NCBI GenBank assembly: GCA_043228905.1
Contig: JBHGNT010000001.1
Location: forward strand, 12,896,001-12,960,000
Reading direction: 5' to 3'
Source: Azolla caroliniana
Lineage: Eukaryota > Plantae > Polypodiophyta
DNA length: 64,000 nt
Shown here: piece by piece, positions 1 through 12,900 of the stretch
How positions within the stretch are numbered: position 1 is the stretch's first letter
How the letters are laid out: each line of letters begins with the position of its first letter
Translations under genes and position numbers: made by a program
Notes under the pieces: generated by a model
What the model was told of the DNA's origin: nothing
Databases searched by the model: none
The model's input: only the letters and a program-made list of their open reading frames with translations

Positions 1-252
1 TTCTAGCACAAGGAGCGACCGTTACAAGCATTCATGACTCCTCGCTTTCCCTTCCTAGATCCTCTCCCCTCGTAACTCTCCCAACATATGCGATGTCTAT
101 TTCTTCATTAATGTCCTGACTACCTAGTACCCCTCTGTATACTCATGCCTAGTAGTTTCCCTAGCTAATTCTCTCGAGGCGTGCACTCACGTAAACCGGT
201 GTTCCTGCGTGTTTCACCTTGTTTCTAGCTATGGCTCGGATTCTTCACGACA
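1..252 (-). repeat. 3' LTR of element A (partial)
   Basis: Begins TGTCGTGAAGAA on the minus strand, directly after the PPT GGTTTGGTGGGGGTGGA (253-269). Confidence 0.9.
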
Positions 253-326
253 TCCACCCCCACCAAACCGCACATCCTTCGGTATGTGCCGGATAGTGAA
301 TTTAGTGGAGGATTCCGAGCCACTGG

Positions 327-3300
327 TTACTCGTCCTCCTCTCCTGAGTTGCCGCTTCCAGCTCCCAGGTCTGGTTCCTCCTCGTTCTGTCTCTTGAAGG
401 CTTTTGTCCGCTTCCCGGCCACCGGAGTCGTTATTCGCGTCCCATCGAGCTCCGCGAGATGATACGTGGCGTTGTCATTTACGCTATTTACCACATACGG
501 CCCGAACCATCGCTTCACGAACTTGCGCATAGACCTATGCTGGTTGTCGAGGTTGTTGTCGTAGACTAACACTCAGTCGCCCTCCTCAATCTTCCTTGGC
601 CGGAGCCGGTGCGTTCGGCCGAACCCAGCTTTGTTCCGGATCCTTGCTTTTCTCACCCTCATCGTGGCTCGTTCCACGTCTTCCGGTCTTCGCTCGAGCT
701 ACCGGATTCGTGCTGCTAGCAACTCTTCTCTGCTCATTTTGCTAGTCCAATCGATCGTTGCCCACGAGGCGATCGTCCGTTCTACTGGCATGATGGGTTT
801 CTGTCCGTACATTAGTTCCGCCGGCATGTACCCTGTCACCGAGCTGTGGGTAGTCCTGTCTGCCCATAACACGTACGGGAGCAACCTCGACCAGTCGTTG
901 ACTCGACCCTGGCACGCGCGTACAATGGCCTCTACGATTGGTATGTGGCCCCGTTCAATCTTTTTGTTTGCTTCTGGGTTGTACGCCATTGTGAGGGACA
1001 GTTTTACGCCTAACCGATCGAACAGTTCCTCGGCCTCTTCCGCGTTTAGCTCTCCTCAGCCAACCACTATTTTCCCCACGCACCCGTATCGGCATATGAC
1101 ATCCTCGATCAGAAACTTGCATACGGCTGCGGTGGTCTTGTTCGTTAGCGCTCGTCCCTCCACCTGGTTGGTTAGGTCCTCTCTAGCCAGCACTAGGTAT
1201 CACTTCTTACCTTCGCCCATAGGCATCGTAACTAAGTCAACCATCCATTTGAAGTGCACGGTCGAGAGATAAGTTGGGCGTAGTTCGTCGCGGTGTCGAA
1301 CCACCGAGTGCATCTGGCAGCTTTCGCATGTGGACACGAAGTTGTGCATGCTCTTGTACATGCCTAGCCACCAATACTTTCCTTTTAGCTTCTTGAATGT
1401 AGCCTCGGTGTCCAGACCAAGGGCTCTCGTGGAACTCCGACATCAGCTTCTGTTGGTCATTCGCCCGCACTATCACCCAAAGCAGTGCGTCGTTTCGCCT
1501 TTTTCGGACCCTCCAGATTTTTCCGTTCCGCAAGAAGTATCTATATGCTTTCTTTCGGAGTTGTCCGGCCTCCTCCTTAGTCATCGTGGCATCTGTCGTC
1601 ATTGTCTCCAAAAATCTCCCGATTAGAAGCCACTCCCCATCGTAGCCATCTTCGTCGAACTCATTCACGGGCGGAGCACTTCGCCCTTTTATCCTCACCC
1701 AAGCCGATTTGAAGAAGTCTGCGCTGACTTCTTCGCTCGCTGATACCATGTCTTCCTCATCCTCAAATCTTGCTCTAGAAAGCATATCGGCCATGGTGTT
1801 GTCTTTACCCGAGATGTGTCATATCTCCGGATTCAGGGACTTGATGTACGCAATCCACCTGAGCATGGCTAGGTCGGGAGTTGCGCATCCAGAGACCATA
1901 CCGAGAATCGGCAAGCAATCCGTTTCGATAATTACTTCTGTCTCGATTAGGTAATCTTTGTCGACCTTAACCACCGAAACGATACCTCACAGCTCACGCT
2001 TAATTTGGGCGTACCCTCGTTGTCGCTCATTCAGTACCTTCATACCGAACCCGATAGGGAAGCGTGTGTCGTCTTCGTCCTCTTGATTTACGACCCACCC
2101 GATCCCGGTCGGGCTGGTGTCCACAGTGATGTAGACCGGAGTTCCCGGTGTGTATTCCGCTTTGCGCAAAGCCGGTGCCACGGCAAGCATTCGTTTTAGT
2201 TTCTAGACCGCCCCCGTATGTTCCTTAGTCCATTCGAATTTCCTATTCTTCTTCGAATTTCCTATTCTTCTTCAGCAGGCCGTAGAGTGGTTCGGCAACT
2301 TGCCCGTAATGAGGGATCCATATGTGGTAGAAGGTGCATGCTCCCAGGAACCGCCGGACCTCCGTGATGGATCGCAATCCTCCTTCATTGCCGAGATGGC
2401 CTCTACCTTGGTCAGTGATGGCTTCCGGCCGTACGGCCCACATAGGTGGCCAACCACGAATATCTTCGGTTGTCCGAAAGCCGACTTTTTGCTCGCGAAG
2501 GTAAGCCGCGCGCCCTCGAGGCTCTGTAGTATCTTCTCGCAGTCGGAGATGTGGTCCGTGACAAACCTTTGGCACCCGTCCGCGCCGATTGACTCATCCT
2601 TAGCGTCTTCCGGACACCCTCTCATAGGGATGTCGTCTAGGAAAGGCATGGTGATGTCCGGGATGTAGTCCCTCAGAACTCTGTTCATTGCATTCACCAT
2701 GTGTGCCACGGAGTTGGTTCCGCCTTGTGGTAGGGTACACATTCGAACTAGGCCGAGAGGGGTCCGCATCGTCGTGATGTCCCTGCTCTCCACGGCGAGC
2801 TGGAATTGGCCGTACCCCGAGTAAAGGTCTCCGACCAAGTATATGGACCTTCCGGCGAAGGCTTCAGCGAACTCGTCGATCGATGGCCCGACTCCCATAT
2901 TGTAGATGGTCACTTTGTTGACCGGTTGTAAGTCCTGGATGAACCGCAGCGTGCCGTTCTTCTTTGGTACCGTAAACCACCGGTTAGAGTAGGGGGCACT
3001 CGACGGTTCGAGGATGCCCAGCTCCACTTTCTGCTTAAGAAGCTCCATCAACATCGGCATGTGAGCTCTCGATACTAGGATCGGCTTGAGACTCCATGGT
3101 TCATGTGGTACTGTAAAGATCACCATTGGCTCGACAATGGTCGGGTCAACGTACCCGGTCTCTCCTGGTGAGAATGCAAAGGCCTTCCCGTGCCTCTCAA
3201 GCATTCCTCAGAACCGGTCCTCTTCCATCGGCAGTAGGAAGCCACCCCCACCGATCTTCAGCTCTCATAGCGTTTTGTCGGTGAAGTGGTATCCTATGCC

Positions 3301-5915
3301 GGCCGGATTTCGTAGGCTCGGGTCGGTAGCGACCCCCTTTATTCGTTCCCAGCTGCCCTCCGGTAAGGGTTCCGCGACGGGCTTCACCTTCCGGTCCATA
3401 GTCTTGTATTTTGTGTCTACTCGGGCGATCCGATGTGCCCTGGTTCCTCTTTCAAAGTCCGCAATGACTTCATACATGTTGATCGAGTTGACCGGTATGA
3501 CTCGGTCTTCGCTTAGACCTCCTCCAACTACCTTCCCGATTTCCCCCAAGGTGTCATCGAATGAGACCGCCTCCACGGCTTCCCCAATTCCTTCGTCGTG
3601 GCTTAAGGCTCCGCACGCCTTCAAGCGTATCTCGGCCTATTTTCTTTCTCTGTCACTGATGCTAGCTATGGTACACCCCCCGTTGTTGGAGAACAAAATT
3701 TTCCTACCTATTTTACAGGTGTGGGGAGTTTCCCAGTTGTCCGGACTATCGTGGCCCCATGCCTTGATAGCCCTATCTAAAAATCCGGCTTATCATCATT
3801 CCCGAGGGTGTCCTGGTTTCGTAGTTCGTGGTTCTTCCGAATAGTCAAAAATTGGACGGAGTGACGGCCGTCTTGACTTTTTACCCTCGCATAGGCTGAA
3901 CCATTGTCCAGCACTTTCGTCTCCATTCTAGCCGTCGTGATGTATGGTTCTCCGAGGATGACCGGGTGGGAGGACGTTTCTTGCACAAAAAAGTGTTGGT
4001 TTATGTCGACGTCTCCGATGCTCACCCTGACGTTCAGGCAGGCCCTGTGCAGCTCTTCTGTGGCTCTTGTTGTCGCGCGTATCTTCCACCCGTGTTTGGT
4101 GTTGATCGGCCAATTTCCCTTTTTGTAGAAGTCCACGGACATTAGGTTGATTTCCGACCCGTGGTCGATTAATGCCACCATCGGTTCCTTGACATTCCCG
4201 ATTCGAACCGGGGTCTCTGTAGTAGCTCTTGCCCAGTGCAGCTTGGCGTAGTGGCTTTCCGCGAGCTCATCTTCTGTGGCAATCTCGTCGAGGAGTGCCG
4301 CCCTCACCTCAACCGGCTTCTCAGGCTCTGGTTCCATCGCGAGACGCTTCCTCTTCACGAGGTCCACGATGTTGTCGTGGAACTCCCTTCTTGCTATACC
4401 GAGCACTTCTGTAAGCGTGAGTTCTATGCGATTGTTGAGAACTCGCTCCTCTAGGAACTTTTGTAGGTTCGTTGTTTTCTCGATTTCTGGGCTTACGCAG
4501 AAGCTCGGAATCCTACCCTTCTCCTTCTCTTGGGTCCCGGTCGGAGCGACATCATTCTTTTTGGGCGTGCTTCGGGTGTCATACCTCCCCGAAGGGCCCG
4601 CTCCCACGGTTTTCCCCGCTCATCTTTCGTCGATCAGGGCTTGATAGTTCCTGCACGCGGCTTCCACAAAGCCGGTGCTTTCTTCAACGGGGTCGCTCCA
4701 CCCGGTAACTTCGCGCACACGTTCTTCCGCGCACTCTGCTTCTCCCTTCTACAACCTTCCTCTAGTCAAGGTCTCGAGAATAGCCGGCTAGAATCCAAGG
4801 TTTGAATCGGGTTTGCTCGCCTTTTCCCCTACTCAAATGCCGGTCGAAGCCGAATAGTGGATGGCTTCGACGTGTCGGGCCGCAACCTCTTCCATTAGCC
4901 TCTTCATGCCACCTCGTCCAAAATTCGTGTCGAGCAGTCTTCGCGTGTCGCTCACATGTATTTGGCCATTCAAAAGGTAGACTACATTACTCCTGAGTGC
5001 TTCTCCGAAGTCAGCACATTCTCTTCGGGCAGGTCCGGTGGCATCGCACCATACGCACCTCTGATTGGTCGTCAGTCGCCAGTCGCGCGGCTGACCCTCG
5101 TCGCTTCGGCGGGCTTGGGCGATCTGGAGGTCGTGTACCCTCCTTGTTAGCTCTTCTAACCCTGCGCCACCTACAAGTTCCGCGACTATGTTCGTCGTGG
5201 TTGGGCCTAGCTTGAGCCACCTCCTCGTTTCTTCCATTCGGGTTGCCGTCGGTTCAGCCCTGATTTCGACAACCGGTCCGACTGACGAGGATCCCTTTTC
5301 TCTCCAGTCTCGGCGTTTGTCAATCCTGCTACATACTTCTTTGACGGTCGCCCAGTGAGTCGTGAGACCTTGGTTGGTTTCCAAAAGAAGACCCACGCTT
5401 TCCCGGACGCGCGAATCAAAAGATGTCACGAAAAATAGGACTTTTCTTGTTTCGAGCACGGTTCGGTCCAATCTAGAGAGTCGCGTGAACCGTGACTCGA
5501 ACTCCTGGAGGAGCACCGAAGCGTTCTGACCCTTGCTGGGGCTGTTGACCCAGTCCATAAAATCCTTTCTTGATAGCCGGAGTGAGTCGTCATAGCTGTA
5601 CCTCTCGAGAACTTCCTCGGAGTCCGCGAATTCCGCCCAATCGCGACAACCTGCTTGAATCTTCACCATCTCTGTATGGATGTGTGGTGTTACGACCCGG
5701 AGAAACCCCACTAGCCGTCTATCTTCGGGTATGTTTCTCATCTGCATTTCAGATGTGTAGGCCTCTAAGTAACTCGTGGCGTCCTTTCCGTCGAACCGGC
5801 CTATCTTGCCGATCGTTGCTTCTATGGCCCAGTTGAGGGCACTCGCGCCCTCGCGAGCACTAACCAGGCGGTCTACCGCCACCGCCATTGCTTCTGCCAG
5901 TTCACTTCCTCTCAT
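327..5915 (-). pseudogene. Element A gag-PR and RT-RH-INT, with multiple stops and frameshifts
   Basis: Gag 4833-5915; protease ALIDHGSEINL 3777-4607; RT GDLYSGY..PFLDD 2272-3204; RH VDTS 1987-2190; INT fragments with WFGPY 327-1794. A 19-bp tandem duplication lies at about 2233-2273. Confidence 0.9.
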
Positions 5916-5961
5916 CTCCAGATTCCCTTGCCGCCCTTCTTCATGTCGGGTTCACCAAAGA

Positions 5962-6483
5962 TGTCGAGGAAATCCTCGCGGATGCGTGGAAGTCGGGCAG
6001 GACCACGGGGGTCTCGAAGTTCGGAATCGAGGAAACGAGAAGGGAGCCGTTTGAGAATTGTGTAGGTCTTGGGACCACGGGAAAACAGGTAATGCTAGCG
6101 ATCGAGAGAGGGTAAAAGAGTCGTGCGTAGACGTGGACACGGGCAAGACACTGAGAACAACGTTTGTTAGGCAAAGAGGGTTTCTATTCAACAACACAAG
6201 TGCACAGTGCGGTGGGTGATTACAGTCGGATCAGAGCCGGTGATGGAGCGTGGAGCTTGGTAATAGCCAAACACGAAGGTGCGTTGGCACGCTGAAGGTC
6301 GATCCCCTAGCCGAGAGCACTCGGGCGTCGGATGCGTGCAAGGGAAGCGCCTTCCGATGATCAGTCCTCCTTCTCTTTTCTGTATATCCTCTCCTCTCCT
6401 CTCAATGGCCTCCTCTTTTCTAGCACAAGGAGCGACCGTTACAAGCATTCATGACTCCTTGCTTTCCCTTCCTAGATCCTCTC
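5962..6483 (-). repeat. 5' LTR of A, first piece (U5 side)
   Basis: Starts TGTCGAGGA on + next to the PBS TGGTGAACCCGAC (minus). Interrupted at TSD ATCCTCTC. Confidence 0.9.
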
Positions 6484-6499
6484 TAGGGATCGGCAACGG

Positions 6500-6685
6500 T
6501 TCGGTTTAGGCTTAGCCGGTTTGGCCTTATCCAAGCCAAACCGGCTAAGCCTAAACCGTTTAGGGATTTTCAAACCTAAACCGAACCGAACCCTAAACCG
6601 GTTTAGGCTAAACCGGTTTGGGCTAAACCGGTTTATGAACCGGCTTGGTAAACGGTTTGTAAACCAGTTTGTAAACCGGTTTGTG
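6500..6685. repeat. hAT subterminal repeat array (AAACCG/CGGTTT)
   Basis: Dense AAACCGG/CCGGTTT motifs next to the TIR; counterpart array at 32425-32545. Confidence 0.85.
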
Positions 6686-6991
6686 AACTTCATAACACAA
6701 TATTGTTACAATTTATCATTCAACTTCATAACAGAATTCCACTACAATTTATCATTGAACAATCCAAATGAAGAATGATAACAAGGCCTAGAGAAGAACA
6801 ACAAGAAAACATAAAATTTAACTAATGCAAGGCAAATTTAACTAATAGATAATTAAAGAAAAACAACGAGAAAAATTTGACTATTCCAAAAATGTTATCT
6901 ATTCCCAAAATTGATCGTCTATTCCAAAAATGTTATCTATTCCAAAAATTGATACTCATAATTGTCCCAAGTCATAATATTCCAAAAAAAA

Positions 6992-9900
6992 TCACTTGTC
7001 CAAGTACAAGTATTCAATAACATCATCCTCTACAATAATCTCTTCTAAATTGATTTCTAAAGATTCATATGCATCATTAATATCTTGAGGAATTGGAATA
7101 TTTATACTATCAAGCAGATCTATCCAAGATCGTATGCACATCTCTGCCTTGAAAGTGCATGAATGCAACCGTTGCCTATCTTCGAAGTTATCACGAGCTT
7201 CGGAGTTAGCTTCCTCGGAAGGCACTGATGAAGCTGGAATAGCCAAATAATCGCATGCCATTTTATACATCCTTGGAAAAATGGATCTGTTTCAAATCAT
7301 AAAAAGAGGTACTATCAAAATGTGTTCATTAATTACCAACAATAACAAATTTGTTTAATACAACATGATGCAATATAGCTTGAAACCTGTTGGTAGACCA
7401 CCAATGTAGAGGGTCTACGGTACTCTTCACTCGTGGAACCTTCAAGAAACCTTCAATTTCTGTCTGAGCTGATGATTCATGAGATTTCTCATTGTTAATA
7501 TCCCAAACATCCAAAAAATCAAACGGAGATCCTTCGCATGCATCTTCGGATAGAGAATCTTCGACATTAGGATCATGATATTGGGTTGTCAAGAAACTGT
7601 GCACCAATTCTATATAGAGGTCTCTCTCAATTGGATTAGGTGGTTTTGGAACTCTACACTCAAACAAAAGAACATATTAGTAAGAAAGAAAGATTAAAAA
7701 AGGGGAAATTTCAATTAAAAACATTAGTACCTCGGGTCAACAAACATTGCGATTCGAGATGGAATAGATTTGAGGAATTCTTGGTACTTGATTAGATATT
7801 GTAAGCATTTGGTACTAGCCTCTTGTTGCACTTGAAGGGTAATCTTCTCGGAGGGTGAATCAACCGAGTTCATATCCATAGAAATATATTTATTACAATG
7901 CGCTAATAAGTTGTTGAATGCAAGCACGGCTATTGAGAGGGTTGGATACTTTGACCCACTCAAGTAATTACAAATTTTAGCAGGCACAAGCAACCATTGT
8001 TCCATACTTTGTATATGACTCCAATCTTCTATGGAGAGTGTATGGTCCACAAACTCATTAGCAATGGCATTGTCACTTGTGGTACAAATCAAGACATCTC
8101 TTAATTTTAGGGATTGTTGATACATTATTAGGGTTGAATTCCATCTAGTAATGCAATCTACACATGGTGGTTCATGTTCTCCATTCTCATGCATGGTTTT
8201 TGAATATTTTTTAAATATAGCTCTACTCACTTTACTTGTGCGTATAGAATGTAATGTCTTCCTTAACTTCATAGTAGAAGGAGTAATAACTTCTAATGCA
8301 GACTTTACACCTAGTTGATATGTATGCACCATGCATCTTAACATATGTGATGATTGTAAAATGTCTTGTCCATGATGACTAAGTAATAACCTAGCTAATT
8401 CTTTTGATGCAACTAGAGATTCACTAGCACCGTCAGAAGTTGTAGATAGAAGACATGAAGAGATACCAAATGATTTTAGACGGGAGAATAAAGCTTTTCC
8501 GACACGTTGTCGTGAAGAAAACCGTCCACAAGCGGAATCGGTGTACCGGAGCGTAGAAACTGACTCTTCATGCACGTGCGCCTTAAGTTGTAGATAGGAG
8601 ATCCTAGGTAGATTCGGTAGGTAGGGAGTAAAGGGGAAACGGCTCCTTCCTTGCCTATAAAAGGAGGGAGACGAGGAGAGTAAGGGATCGCGGAGAGTCG
8701 AGGACGAAATGTTGTCGGTATGCGTGCGAAGGCTTCTCTCTCTCTCTCTTTCTGGTTGCAAACGCCATAGCTTCCTGCTGTGCAGGTTTCGGGAGGCCCG
8801 CGCTGCTCTGAGGAATGCCCGAGTGCTTCCGGCAGCACCTCCAACCTACTCATCCCCCTCTGTGCGCTTACGAACAGGTATCGGCATCTGTTCGCCGGCC
8901 TATTCGGTTGTAACCGACTTCGTGTTTTGTTGTCTTCGTGTTCTTGTTGTTTGTCTTGTCAATACATACATACTTTCGTGTCTTTTTGTGTCGTTGTCCC
9001 ACTCGCGTCTTTGCGTCGAAGGGCCGTGTCCCTGTGAATCCACGCTCGCACGTAGTGGGTCTCTCTCTCTCTCTCTCTCTCTTACTCTTTGGTACAGGAC
9101 CCCCGAGGTCCCGCCTCACTCCACGCATCCGCGAGGAATACCTCGACATATTTGGTGAACCCGACGTGAAAGAGGCGGCAGAAGAGCAGAAAATGAAGGG
9201 GTCGGATCTTGCGGAGGCCATGGCTTCGGCCGTGGATCGGATATTGAGCACACGCGAGAAGACCGGTGCCCTCGACAGAGCCATTGAGGCGGTCGTCGGT
9301 ACGATCGGCCGTTTCAGCGGAAAGGATGCTACGAGGTATTTGGCGTCCTACGGGGCGGAAATGCTGATGCGGGACATTCCGGAAGAGAGGCGTCTTGCCG
9401 GGTTCCCTCGAATGGCGATGCCGAGCATCCATGCGGAGGTGCTCGAGGTACGGGCGGAGAGCCGTACCTGGGAGGAGTTCGAAGGCCGACTCCTAGAGAA
9501 ATATGGGTTGGACAACGCACTCCGGCTTTCGAAACGGGACTTCATGGAATGGGTGGAGTCCCCCGGCAAAGGAAGAAACGCGTTGGCACTCCTCCGGGAG
9601 TTCGAAGAACGCTTTGCGCGCCTTTCGACGCTTGACCGAACTATCCTGGATACGAGCCGGGTCCTACTGTTCGTCAAGTCGGTGGACGAGCGGGACCGGG
9701 ATCAAGTCGGCTCCTTGCTGGAAACTGAAGACGGGTTGATGACCGACTGGGCTGCGGTTAAGAGAGTCTGTGGCCGTTTCAACAAACGGCGAGAATGGGC
9801 TGACAACGGGGCGGCCGGTGCGGGCTCTGTTACAGCAAGGAGGCTTGAACCGGCGCCGCAAGTGCGAAGGGAAGAAACCCGGGAATGGCTCAAAACCGGT

Positions 9901-12900
9901 CCGGCTTCGACCAGCATGGTCAATGGCTCGTCCGGAGGAGCAGCGCTAGAGGAGTTGACGCGGGTGATAAAGGATCTCCAGATCGCCCAGACTCGAAGGG
10001 AAGGTGGCGAACCGGCTCGTGACCGACGGCCGGCAGCGGGGAACAGGTGCATGTGGTGCGACGAGGTCGGCCACATTCGGAAGGACTGCGGCGATTTCGC
10101 AGAGGCGTTGAGAAACCAGGTGGTGTACCTGTGGGAAGGCCGGGTGCACGCTGGCGACACCAGGAGGGCCCTGAGCCGAAACGACGGGCGAGGAGGTATG
10201 AAGAGACTGATGGAAGAGCCAGCGGCCCGACACGTGGAGGCCATCCACTACTCGGCATCAGCCGGTATTCAGGTCGGGGGCAGCAAGGCCCGAAAGGAGA
10301 GTAAAGACGGTTTCTGGTCGGCAATGCTGGAAGGCCTCGCCGGCGCGCGGACGAGGAAAGATGAAACGGACCGCGCTGAGAGATGGGTCCGGGAAATAAC
10401 CGGGTGGAGCGATCCGGTCGAGGAGAAGACGGGCTTCGTAGAAGCCGCTTGCCGGAACTAGGAGGCTCTGGTAGAAGAAAAACGAGTGGGGAAAGCCGGA
10501 GCGGTCGGGCCCTCACAACGGTACGAGACCCGATTCGGGCAACGACGGAACGATGCCGGTGGGCCCGGCCTGCAAGATAACCCCAGGAAGGGCGGGTACT
10601 GACTGGGGACAGAAATAGAAAGGGCTACGGACCTACGAAAGGTCCTAGAAGAACGGATCCTCGACAGCAAAGTGGAGCTGTCATTACGGGAGGTGCTAGG
10701 GATCACCAAGAAGGAGTTCCACGACTCCATTGTAGACTTGGTGAAACGGAAGAGACTGTCGACGGAGACGGAACCGGAAAAACCGATGGAGGTGCGGACG
10801 ACGCACATCGACGACTCGGCGCTGGAAGATGAGTGGGCGGAGAGCCACTATTCGAGGCCACACTGGGCCCGAGCGACCACGGAGACCCCGGTAAAAATCG
10901 GAGGTGTTCAGGAACCGGTGGTGGCGTTGGTGGACCACGGTTCGGAAATAAACCTAATGTCCATGGACTTCTATAAGAAGGGAAAGTGGCCGATCCACAC
11001 CAGGCACGGGTGGAAGATACGGGCGGCGACGCGCGCCACCGAGGAGCTGCACGGGGCCTGCCCGAATGTGCGAGTAAAGATCGGCGACGTCGAGATTGAC
11101 CAGCACTTCTTCGTACAGGAGACGCCCTCGCATCCGGTTATATTAGGGGAACCATACATCACGGCGGCGAGAATGGAGACCAAGGTGCTGGACAACGGTT
11201 CGGCCTACGCGAGGGTCAAAAGCCAGGACGGGCGCCATTCGGTGCAATTTTTGACGGTGCGGCCGAACCACGAGAGAAACCGCGAGTCCCTCGGTGGCGA
11301 GAACCGGGAGGATTTTTAGAGAGGGCTGCCAAGGCGTGGGGCCGAGACAGTCCGGACACTCGGGAAAGACCCCACGATTGTACGATAGGCAGGAGATTTT
11401 GCTTCTCCGACAACGGAGGGTGTATGATGGTCGGCATCGTTGGCCGAGAAAAGACAAGGGCGGAAGAGCGACTTCGAGCGTGCGGAGTTCTCGGCCCGGA
11501 CGAGGAAATCAGCGGAGCCGTGGAGGCGGTCTCCTTCGATGACACCTTAGGGATGCTGAGGAAGGTTGCCGGAGAAGACCTTAACGAAGACTGGACGATA
11601 CCGGTATGTTCTGAAGAGATGTACGAAGTCATCGCGAACTTCAGTCGGGGGCTCGGGTCGGATCGGACGGCCCGAGTTAGCACAAAGTACAAGACTGTGG
11701 GCCAGAAGGTAAGGCCAGTCGCGGCACCCTTACCGGAGGGCAGCGAGTCCCGGATCAGAGGGGTTGCGTCGGACCCCAGTTTACGAGATCCGGCCTACAT
11801 AGGACACACCTTCACCGAGGGGACGCTCCGGGAGCTCAAAATCGGTGGGGGCGGGTTCCTACTGCCGGCGGAGGAAGACCGGTTTCGAAGGATGCTCGGA
11901 AGGCACGGGAAAGCCTTCGCATTCTCACCGGAAGAGATCGGGTGCGTAGACCCGACGATCGTGGAGCCGATGGTGATATTCACGGTACCGCATGTGCCGT
12001 GGAATCTCAAGCCGATTCCGGTACCGAGAGCTCACATCCCGAAGTTGATGGAGCTATTGAGGCAGAAAGTAGTTATGGGCATTCTTGAACCGTCGAGTGC
12101 CCCATACTCGAACCGATGGTTTACCGTACCGAAGAAAAACGGAACGTTGCGCTTCATTCAAGACCTGCAGCCGGTCAACAGAGTGACCATTCGAAACGCA
12201 GGAATCGGACCGACCATAGACGAGTTTGCGGAGGCCTTTGCCGGAAGGTCGATTTACTCGGTCGGTGATCTGTACTCAGGGTACGACCAGTTCCAGCTAG
12301 CCGTGGAGAGCAGAGACATTACGACGATGCGAACTCCCCTCGGCCTAGTGCGAATGTGTACCCTGCCACAAGGAGGGACTAACTCGGTGGCTCACATGGT
12401 AAATGCAATGAACAAGGTACTGAGGGATTGCATCCCCGACATCACCATGCCATTTCTGGACGACATCCCGATAAAGGGGTGCCCGGTGGAGGAGAAGGAC
12501 GAGGCAGTCGGGCCGGACGGATGCCGGCGATTCGTGGAGAAACACATCGACGACTGCGAGAAGGTGCTACAAAGGCTAGAGGATGCTAGGCTCACCTTCT
12601 CCGGGGAGAAATCGGCCTTCGGGCAATCGGAAATCCTGGTAGTCGGACACCTATGCGGGCCATATGGCCGGAAGCCGTCTCCGGCAAAGGTAGAAGCCAT
12701 CTCCGCGATGAAGACCGACTGTAGCTCGGTTATGAAAGTTCGGAGGTTCCTGGGGGCATGCGCATTCTACCACATATGGATCCCGCATTACGCCCACGTT
12801 GCGGAGCCGCTATACGGGTTGCTGAAGAAGGGGCAAAGATTCGAGTGGCGAGATGAGCACACGGGGTCGGTCCGGAAGCTGAAGGAAGCTCTTGCGGCAG

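Noticed and set aside
8938-9192. N-terminal extension of B gag through the LTR
   Set aside because: Starts at a non-ATG codon and depends on CT-repeat length; not open in E.
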